Assembly (NCBI GenBank): GCA_043811375.1
Contig: JBDRNJ010000007.1
Span: 1-30,785 of the forward strand
DNA length: 30,785 bases
From: a bacterium
GTDB lineage: Bacteria; Zixibacteria; MSB-5A5; GN15; FEB-12
Reading direction: 5' to 3'
Shown: in pieces, positions 18,837 to 25,876 of the stretch
How the letters are laid out: every line of letters starts with the position of its first letter
How positions within the stretch are numbered: position 1 is the stretch's first letter
Program-made: the position numbers and the translations under genes
Notes under the pieces: model-generated
What the model was told of the DNA's origin: nothing
The model's input: only the letters and a program-made list of their open reading frames with translations
Databases searched by the model: none

Positions 18837-19490
18837 TCAGACTAAAAAAGGGAGTCCTGCTGCCCGACACGCGCCTCGACGGTACCCTTCGGGAAAAAGC
18901 TCTTCCAACTCAACGAGCGTGATGTTGTTGAACTTACATGTCTCGTATACTGAAGGGATGTTCCTCTTATTGCGATAGAAATCCCTGAGGTATTGAATGA
19001 TATTCCAGTGTCTTTCAGTCAAACCCTCGGGAAGATTCCAATTGTGCACAACCCAGTGAGTAAACCGTTCGTTCCATTTCTCGAAATCCTTGAGGAAACC
19101 AAGCTCGTCCACTTTGTGCTCCGCTTCAACAACAGGAATGCTTTCGTACGTGAGCCAGATGTTGGTGTTACGCATGAAAGCATAGTTGATGCCCGCAATT
19201 CTGCAGGCACCGCGATGATATCCGGTAGGAAAAAGGGCTCGGAGCCGGCTCAACCTTAGTTGATTGTCGGCGCAGGCCAGCACAACGACAGGCACGGTTT
19301 CTTCCACGAGGAACTTCTCCCTGAGATACCGTATGAACTTCCAGTGGTCCTCGGTAAGCCCTGTTAGAATGCCCTGCATCTTGGCCATTCCCTCAGCAAA
19401 GTTCTCATCCCACTGGTGAGGTGGATCCAGGAATCCGTGGCGGTCGAGTTTGTACTCTTTTTCATTAAAGGAGATTGTCGGCTGTTCCAT
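18837..19490 (-). CDS. Tandem two-domain TusE/DsrC/DsvC-family protein
   Basis: Two repeats of D..GFL....W....A/T.......LTE.HW..I.YLR......P.V...C......L..LFP.GY.RGACR.AG. Ends AGLPFLV with no terminal Cys. Confidence 0.88.
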   Translation of the reverse strand: MEQPTISFNEKEYKLDRHGFLDPPHQWDENFAEGMAKMQGILTGLTEDHWKFIRYLREKFLVEETVPVVVLACADNQLRLSRLRALFPTGYHRGACRIAGINYAFMRNTNIWLTYESIPVVEAEHKVDELGFLKDFEKWNERFTHWVVHNWNLPEGLTERHWNIIQYLRDFYRNKRNIPSVYETCKFNNITLVELEELFPEGYRRGACRAAGLPFLV

Positions 19491-19575
19491 TTTCAGTCTC
19501 TTACATGCTGCTGGTCCGGCAAGTCTTAACCAGATACAAACCTAATATCAAATGTAACGTGTAACAAGAAGGATT

Positions 19576-19601
19576 GTCATCCACACGCAGGTGGGAATCC
19601 A
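19576..19601 (+). repeat. Degenerate REP-like element (GTCATTCCCGCG..GCGGGAATCCA class)
   Basis: GTCATCCACACGCAGGTGGGAATCCA; single copy in the window. Confidence 0.4.
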
Positions 19602-19766
19602 AGAAATCCATAGAACTCTATCCTTGATGTCCAATCAGTATGAGTTATCGATTATGGCCAATGGTCTCGGTAATTCATGCCATCCAAACGAGTTTCCTTT
19701 TGATCCGATGACACAACGTGTCCTGCTCGAAACTTTTGTCTCATGAGTAACATCTCGTAAGAGTGC

Positions 19767-21176
19767 CTATTCTTCGGATTCGTAATCTACCCGTGTGGCT
19801 GCCTTGCCATTGACCAGAATAGAACGTGATAGCATGTCATGGACTCCTCCTACAGCGCAATCCTTCTTGTAGTGCTCCATAAGTTGACCCAACTGGCGTT
19901 TGCAATTCGAGCAAGCGGCCGCCACGTATTTGGCTCCTGTAGAGCGAATTTGTTCCATCTTCTTCCGGCCAGCAATCTTCATCCTGAAGTCAATAATATC
20001 GTCCATGGCGGACAGACCACCTCCACCACCGCAACACCAATTCTCGCCCCGGTTCGGATACATCTCTCTGAAGTCCTGGCACGAGGCTTCCAGAATGATT
20101 CTTGGCTCCTCAACGATGTTACAGGAGCGACCGAAGTTACAGGGATCATGATAGGTTACAGGCTGAGGATTCTTGCTCTTGTCAAATTGCAGCTTCCCGG
20201 CTTTGATTTGCGCAGCCGTGAACTCCATACAGTTCATGATCCTGAAAGGCAGATCTCCCCACCACTTCGCCGGTTCCATTATCATCTTCATGATGCGATA
20301 GGCATGCCCGCATTCACCCATGAACAGCACCTTGCAGCCCAGTCGTTTGGCCTCCTCGACGTAGGGTTTGTTATCGGCCTTCATATCGGCATCATTGCCG
20401 GTGAAAAGACCGTAGTTGGCGCCATCGAAGTATCGCGAACTCATGGTCCATTTGTCCTGCATGCCCAAGACATAAAACACTTTGGCAACACCTGTTGTAG
20501 CCTCGGGGTTGACCAGTACGTCACCGGAAGGAGGAACATAGAAATATTCGGCGCCCTTCTGATCCACAGGTATTCTGATATCAATCCCATGCTCCTCTTT
20601 CATTTCCTCTTCCAGGAAATCGAGAGCGGCCTTGAGCGCCACGGGTGAAGCTCCATCAGTGTTGCCCGTATCCAGTGAAGCCTTGATCACTTTTTTCATA
20701 GTCTCAGGAGTGAGGCCGGCTTGGTCCAGGATGGCTCTACCCTTGCGTGTAATGACCGAGTTATCAATCCCCATTGGGCAGTAGGTAGCACATCGACGGC
20801 ATCCTGTACAGCTGTAGAAGTGCTCCGCCCACTCCTCCAGTTCACCCACGCGGTAATCGCGAGCTCCTACGAGGCCTCCCAGGAGTTTGCCCGTTGTAGT
20901 ACAGTGCTTCTTGTAGATGGCGCGAATCAGATCCGATCGCTCGGTGGGATTGTACTTCTTCTCCACCTTTCCATAATATACCGGACACTGTGCCGCACAG
21001 GTACCGCATCTGACACACGCCTCCATATACAGTTTCAAAACCCTGGGGCCGCTATCAATAGCCCTGATGGCCTTGATTACTTGTTCGGGATCAACGGCAG
21101 GTTTTCTGTTTTCGGAGATCGTCGCCGGTTTTTTCATTTCTTGGTTTGCGCCGGGTTTTGTCAGCTCTTGCGCCAT
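19767..21176 (-). CDS. dsrK: DsrK-like (HdrD/CCG-family) Fe-S oxidoreductase
   Basis: CVRCGTCAAQC, CTGCRRCATYCPMGID, MGECGH, YHDPCN, CCGGGGG, ACSNCK. ATG at 21176 with SD AAGGAG. Confidence 0.82.
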   Translation of the reverse strand: MAQELTKPGANQEMKKPATISENRKPAVDPEQVIKAIRAIDSGPRVLKLYMEACVRCGTCAAQCPVYYGKVEKKYNPTERSDLIRAIYKKHCTTTGKLLGGLVGARDYRVGELEEWAEHFYSCTGCRRCATYCPMGIDNSVITRKGRAILDQAGLTPETMKKVIKASLDTGNTDGASPVALKAALDFLEEEMKEEHGIDIRIPVDQKGAEYFYVPPSGDVLVNPEATTGVAKVFYVLGMQDKWTMSSRYFDGANYGLFTGNDADMKADNKPYVEEAKRLGCKVLFMGECGHAYRIMKMIMEPAKWWGDLPFRIMNCMEFTAAQIKAGKLQFDKSKNPQPVTYHDPCNFGRSCNIVEEPRIILEASCQDFREMYPNRGENWCCGGGGGLSAMDDIIDFRMKIAGRKKMEQIRSTGAKYVAAACSNCKRQLGQLMEHYKKDCAVGGVHDMLSRSILVNGKAATRVDYESEE

Positions 21177-21178
21177 GA

Positions 21179-21880
21179 TTATCTCCTTCTCACTAGGGTC
21201 TGGGTAAAGAAGATCCCTCCCAAGTGCATAATTTTCGAAAACGGGATGTATATGATCAGCAGCATTGCCATCAGGGCATGCACCAGGAATATGCTGTTCT
21301 GCGGTACCACGGGAGAAAATGTGCTGAGTGACTTGGCCCATATCCTTGTTTGTTCGAGATCGAAGTGGGCGCCAAACCGCATAAGATCCCCCGTACAAAT
21401 GATAGCAATCAGCAAGAGCAAAGCAAAGAAGTCAGGGATTCCGGAGATCTCGCGTACTCGCTGCACCGTCACACGCCGGAGCAGTAGTAATACCCCGGTT
21501 ACAAATAGAATAATACCAGCAACACCTCCAGCAGTGGCAGACATTGTATCGATTCCCTCCGGTGACATACCCAAAGCCAGCAGAATCTCATCAACAAAGG
21601 AGGAAAAGACCCGGATGTGACCCAGAAACACTAAAGCCAGAGTTACGTGAAAGAACCACGAGAAGGACCACAGGGTCTTGTCACCCTTAAACAGGCTGGG
21701 GAAAAACAGGATTTCGGCCAGTACCCCCCCAGCGGCGGAGTCAGGTGCTGGGAACAAAGTCATTTTCCCTGGTTGAGGGGTTTTTAGCCAGACATAGAAC
21801 CTGTACCCCATACCGACGATGAATATGAGAACAGTAAGATAGGGGAGAATACCTCCCACCAAGAATGCAAAAACGTCCAC
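21179..21880 (-). CDS. dsrM: DsrM/NarI-like di-heme b membrane subunit
   Basis: Five hydrophobic helices; His pairs in FFHVTLALVFLGHIR and LVHAL...PFSKIMH. GTG at 21880 with SD AGGAG. Confidence 0.85.
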   Translation of the reverse strand: MDVFAFLVGGILPYLTVLIFIVGMGYRFYVWLKTPQPGKMTLFPAPDSAAGGVLAEILFFPSLFKGDKTLWSFSWFFHVTLALVFLGHIRVFSSFVDEILLALGMSPEGIDTMSATAGGVAGIILFVTGVLLLLRRVTVQRVREISGIPDFFALLLLIAIICTGDLMRFGAHFDLEQTRIWAKSLSTFSPVVPQNSIFLVHALMAMLLIIYIPFSKIMHLGGIFFTQTLVRRR

Positions 21881-21923
21881 CTTGTTTCTCCTAAAGGTTA
21901 TCGGTTCAAAAACTATCGGTTGC

Positions 21924-22238
21924 TCACAGACAGCCCGAAGGTCTTGGCAGACCGGCCAGACGATAGGCGCCCTTGGCGACTCCACAGGGGAATAAGTGGC
22001 AGATGTACTTGGAACTGAAACCGGTCCTCTTGGCGATACCTAATATCGATGGCCCCTTACCAGTCTGCGTGTAGTGCTCCTTGACATACTCGATGATCTT
22101 CCAATGGTCCTCAATCAGCGGGCCGATATTGTTCTTGCGGGCCAACTCCTCTGCAATCTCGCGAGACCACGACGACATCTCCTTGAGGAAGCCGTCGGCG
22201 TTTTCAACACCATCCAGATTTGGATTGGGCTGGTCCAT
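21924..22238 (-). CDS. tusE: TusE/DsrC-family sulfur relay protein (terminal Cys only)
   Basis: DGFL..W..EIAEELA, EDHWKIIEYV, LFPCG.AKGAYRLAGLPRPSGCL. SD GAGGAGGAG. Confidence 0.85.
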   Translation of the reverse strand: MDQPNPNLDGVENADGFLKEMSSWSREIAEELARKNNIGPLIEDHWKIIEYVKEHYTQTGKGPSILGIAKRTGFSSKYICHLFPCGVAKGAYRLAGLPRPSGCL

Positions 22239-22445
22239 AATCACTCCTCCTCAGTTTAGCTGGTCAACATGAGCCATGACTAATATTCTATCCACCAGTC
22301 ACTGTCCTTTGCGTCTACTCCGGGTGGAATATCAGGATACAGGCGGCGGATGATCCTTGACAAATGGACATGCGCACCTAAATTGATCAACTAGAAGCGG
22401 GCGGCCTTTGGGGAATACCCCGGCAAGCCGCAACCGTTTCATCAG

Positions 22446-22486
22446 GGCTTGACGGGTTAAACGCAATACTACCTGCCCGTCAAGCC
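22446..22486. repeat. Perfect 11-bp inverted repeat in the regulator-tusE intergenic region
   Basis: GGCTTGACGGG (22446-22456), 19 nt, CCCGTCAAGCC (22476-22486). Confidence 0.6.
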
Positions 22487-22560
22487 ATTTTGTTTTTTGT
22501 TCCTCAATGATATCCGAGTATCACACCCTGACTTGATACCTCCTTCGTTTGAAAGGAAAC

Positions 22561-23373
22561 CTAATCTCTTTGTTCGTTTCTTGGTAACAGACGGTCTGGC
22601 TTCAAGTTTACACCTGAGACCAGATCGGCGAGTGTCTCGGATGTGAAACTGTGATCCACCAGAGCATACACCAGTCGGTCACATTCAGTGGGTAGCAGGT
22701 GGCCGTTGCCAACCAGGACTACCCGCACCAGGGGCAGGCGCGGGTCCTCATATAGAAGTAGCGCGAACTCGCGGCTGCGTTCAGTTCCCAGAGAACAATC
22801 GATAACAACATAATCCGGCCGAAAATCCTCGATCATCATTGAGCAGCGATACTCACAATCGGTCACCTTCAAGTTGTAGCGCGTTCCATCAGTGCCCCCC
22901 TCAAGGGTTGTCTTCAGTTGCTGCTGATCCGTGACCACCAGGATGTTGGGACGTTGTCCCTTCACCATCCGGTAGTAGTCACAATCATCGCACGAGTGCT
23001 GGCAGTACAGCCGAGCGTGTCCCGCTTCGGAGGGAAGGTCACTCATCTCGTAACAGCGTTGGGTGCCGGATCGATAGACAATGCATGACCGACATTCATC
23101 CGGAAGAAATCCCGAGTCGGAATTGAATTCCCAACAATAGACGAATCCGCTTTCACTGCGGTTTGCCGGTTTCGGCATATCCCGGTCCAGGAGCGTGTCC
23201 AGTGCCCTGACACGTATCCGATGATGTCCGCCCGGTGTGCGTGTCGCGGGAATCTTGCCGCCGCGGATCCATTTCAGAACCGTGTCCGGCGTCACAGAAC
23301 AGAGTGCCGCCACATCTCCAGTGGAGAGAAGTTCTTTCGTAACCGGCAATAATGATCTTTTCTTAGCCATCAT
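22561..23373 (-). CDS. Excisionase-family (HTH_17/MerR-like) regulator with a Cys-rich middle domain and a degenerate receiver domain
   Basis: LSTGDVAALCSVTPDTVLKWIRGGKIPATRTPGGHHRI; CWE..CRSC..RC..C..SCDDC (7 Cys); NILVVTD..RPDYVVID. Confidence 0.85.
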   Translation of the reverse strand: MMAKKRSLLPVTKELLSTGDVAALCSVTPDTVLKWIRGGKIPATRTPGGHHRIRVRALDTLLDRDMPKPANRSESGFVYCWEFNSDSGFLPDECRSCIVYRSGTQRCYEMSDLPSEAGHARLYCQHSCDDCDYYRMVKGQRPNILVVTDQQQLKTTLEGGTDGTRYNLKVTDCEYRCSMMIEDFRPDYVVIDCSLGTERSREFALLLYEDPRLPLVRVVLVGNGHLLPTECDRLVYALVDHSFTSETLADLVSGVNLKPDRLLPRNEQRD

Positions 23374-23374
23374 G

Positions 23375-23410
23375 ATTATCGAAATTATTGATATTCTCGA
23401 TTCTATCGAA
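23375..23410. repeat. Four tandem imperfect 9-bp direct repeats (candidate operator)
   Basis: ATTATCGAA ATTATTGAT ATTCTCGAT TCTATCGAA, lying between the regulator's -10 box and its start codon. Confidence 0.6.
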
Positions 23411-23411
23411 T

Positions 23412-23440
23412 AAGATATCTGTTTGCTGCCTTCCTGTCAA
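23412..23440 (-). promoter_or_regulatory. Sigma70-type promoter of the regulator
   Basis: TTGACA (23440-23435), 17 nt, TATCTT (23417-23412). Confidence 0.65.
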
Positions 23441-23637
23441 GGAAAAAATGGTAGAGATAATATACTGTGAGATAGTAGATTACATTGGCGAACGCGGCAG
23501 ATTACGGTCGCGATGGGTTTCCATTCGAAATCGAATACGTCAAATCAGCAGGTTTGTCCCCAACTGATCTGTTTTACGATGAGTCCACTATCGGGTGAGC
23601 CAACGGCTCCCCCAGCCCCTTTGTAAAGCTCCTGCCG

Positions 23638-25719
23638 TTAGTCGCCTTCCTGCTCCGCCTTAGTCTGCTTAATAACCTTCTGGGCGATTTCATGCGGGAC
23701 TTCTTCGTAACGCAGAAAATCCAGAGAGTAAACTCCCTGGCCCTGCGTCATGGAACGCAGGTCGACCGAGTACTGGTATAGCTCAGCCTGCGGTACCGCT
23801 GCTCGAATTCGCTGGTTTTTGCCCTCGGGGTCCATACCGGCGATCTTACCCCGCCGCGATGAAAGATCACCCATCACGTCTCCGGTGAATTCATCCGGTA
23901 CCAGCACTTCAACGTTGTAGATCGGTTCCAACAGGACCGGTTTGGCTTCCATGAAGCCTTCTTTGAAAGCCATCAAACCTGCGATTTTGAAAGCCATATC
24001 TGACGAGTCAACTTCATGGAAAGACCCGTAGTACAAAGTGACCCTGACATCCACCACCAGCGCATTGGCCAGTCCGCCGTGTTGCATCTGTTCCACAATG
24101 CCCTTTTGAACCGCCGGGATAAACTTGCTGGGAATTACGCCTCCCTTGACGGCGTCCACGAACTCAAAGCCAGCGCCGCGCGCGTTGGGTTCTATCCTGA
24201 TATGTACGTCACCGAACTGGCCCCGTCCGCCGGTCTGTTTCTTATGGCGGTACTGCTTTTCCGCCTTACCTTTGACGGTCTCCCGGTAGGGGATACGAGG
24301 TTTGACCAGTTCGACAACGGCACCGAAACGGTTTTTCAGTTTCTCGCCCAGGACCTCTATGTGCGTTGATCCCTGGGCGTACAAAACGGTTTGCTTCAGA
24401 GCCGGGTCGGCAACAACCTGGAAAGTGGGATCTTCTTCATGCAGTTTCTGCAGTCCATTGGCGATTTTCTCTTCGTCACCTTTGGATTGGGCCTTGATAG
24501 CCACATCCATCACCGGATTGGGAAACCTGGTGGGTGGCACTATCAGGGGTAGTCCCGGGTTCGCCAGAGTGTTGCCGGTGTGAGTGTCTTTGAGTTTCAC
24601 CAGAACGCCGATATCCCCGGCAGGTACTGCCGTCACGTCATCTCGGTTCTTGCCGTGGAATGTGTACATCTGGGTGACCCGTTCACCGACACCGGTCTGG
24701 TTGTTCTTCAGTTCCGCTCCAGCTTTCAGTGTTCCTGATAATACTTTGACGAAGGACATCTCACCCAGGTGGCCTTCCGACGCCGTCTTGAACACGTATG
24801 CCAGTAGTTTGCCGTCGGTGTCATAAGCAACTTCCACGGTATCTTCAGAATTGTCTTTAATGACCATTGAGGGTCCGACCCGGTTGGGATCTGGCAGGTA
24901 GGCGACAGCGAAGTCAAGCAGCGCTTCGACACCGATGTTCTTGACGGCGCAGCCGAACAGTACCGGATATATCTGGCCGGCCAGGATGCCCGCTGACAAC
25001 CCGTTGCGGAGTTCTTCTTCGTTGAGAGTACCCTCCTCCAGGAATTTTTCAGTCAACGCATCGTTGGATTCGGCCGCAACTTCAATCAGTTTCTCCCGTT
25101 CGTTCCGGGCTGCTTCCTGCAAGTCGGCCGGGATATCGGTCTGAGTCTGTTTGCCGGCGTCGTCGAACGTATACGCCTTCATCGTCAGCAAATCCACCAT
25201 TCCCTGAAAACTGTTACTTTCTCCGATCGGTATCTGCAGGGCCACCGCAGCCCGACCGAAAGCATTCTGGATTGATTCCAGGGCTGATCGCCACAGAACG
25301 TTTTCCAACTCCATTTTGTTAACGAAGAAAAAGCGCGCAATCCGGCTCTCGGCCATCGAATTCCACTGAAGCTGGGTGCCGATCTCGACACCGGCGCCGG
25401 CATTAATGAGTATACCGACGGCATCGGAGACGGACAGGGCGCTGAGAAGTTCACCCGGAAAATCGGAATGTCCGGGACAGTCCAGAAGGTTGATCTTGGT
25501 GGACTGCCATTCGCAGGCCAGCAGTTTCGAGGAAATCGATGTTTTCCTGCTAATTTCGGATTCAGTGTAGTCCAGCAGCGAGGAACCGTCATCGACCTTC
25601 CCGATGCGGTTATTCTGTCCCGTGGTGTAGGCGATGGCGTCAGCCAGGCTGGTTTTGCCGCAACCGCGCTGTCCGGCCAGAGATACGTTTCGAATCTTAT
25701 CTGTACTGAAATTCTTCAC
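23638..25719 (-). CDS. fusA: Elongation factor G paralog (EF-G2-like)
   Basis: Full EF-G architecture: LHEEDP, IPYRETV, HKKQTGGRGQFG, GSFHEVDSS, LLEPI, GDVMGDLSSRRG, LRSMTQG. Not in a str operon. Start is GTG 25719 or TTG 25722. Confidence 0.92.
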   Translation of the reverse strand: MKNFSTDKIRNVSLAGQRGCGKTSLADAIAYTTGQNNRIGKVDDGSSLLDYTESEISRKTSISSKLLACEWQSTKINLLDCPGHSDFPGELLSALSVSDAVGILINAGAGVEIGTQLQWNSMAESRIARFFFVNKMELENVLWRSALESIQNAFGRAAVALQIPIGESNSFQGMVDLLTMKAYTFDDAGKQTQTDIPADLQEAARNEREKLIEVAAESNDALTEKFLEEGTLNEEELRNGLSAGILAGQIYPVLFGCAVKNIGVEALLDFAVAYLPDPNRVGPSMVIKDNSEDTVEVAYDTDGKLLAYVFKTASEGHLGEMSFVKVLSGTLKAGAELKNNQTGVGERVTQMYTFHGKNRDDVTAVPAGDIGVLVKLKDTHTGNTLANPGLPLIVPPTRFPNPVMDVAIKAQSKGDEEKIANGLQKLHEEDPTFQVVADPALKQTVLYAQGSTHIEVLGEKLKNRFGAVVELVKPRIPYRETVKGKAEKQYRHKKQTGGRGQFGDVHIRIEPNARGAGFEFVDAVKGGVIPSKFIPAVQKGIVEQMQHGGLANALVVDVRVTLYYGSFHEVDSSDMAFKIAGLMAFKEGFMEAKPVLLEPIYNVEVLVPDEFTGDVMGDLSSRRGKIAGMDPEGKNQRIRAAVPQAELYQYSVDLRSMTQGQGVYSLDFLRYEEVPHEIAQKVIKQTKAEQEGD

Positions 25720-25798
25720 CAATCATCCTCCAAATTCACAGGCACTTAAAAGCAATCGTCCCATGGACATAATCTGCCCCAAAGAGCAATATCAGGAC

Positions 25799-25827
25799 AT
25801 CATACGAAAACACCCTGAAGTTGTCAA
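25799..25827 (-). promoter_or_regulatory. Sigma70-type promoter of the fusA paralog
   Basis: TTGACA (25827-25822), 17 nt, TATGAT (25804-25799). Confidence 0.7.
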
Positions 25828-25876
25828 TTCGTTTGAGTAGTTATCAGGAGCAAAAGAGGGGTCGGGGTCGGTCGCC

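Noticed and set aside
18381..19490. TGA readthrough (Sec) fusing the tandem DsrC to the in-frame methyltransferase remnant
   Set aside because: The remnant lacks its SAM-binding half, no SECIS-like hairpin is evident, and in-frame placement has a one-in-three chance.
19839..21620. Plus-strand ORFs of 269 and 299 aa
   Set aside because: Antisense shadows of dsrK/dsrM.
22290..22450. Hammerhead (CTGATGA) or c-di-GMP-I (GACGCAAAG) motifs on the minus strand
   Set aside because: Only isolated sub-motifs are present; the required flanking stems and other conserved core residues are missing.
22561..23373. Prophage excisionase
   Set aside because: The HTH is fused to sensor/receiver domains, and no integrase or phage genes are in the window.
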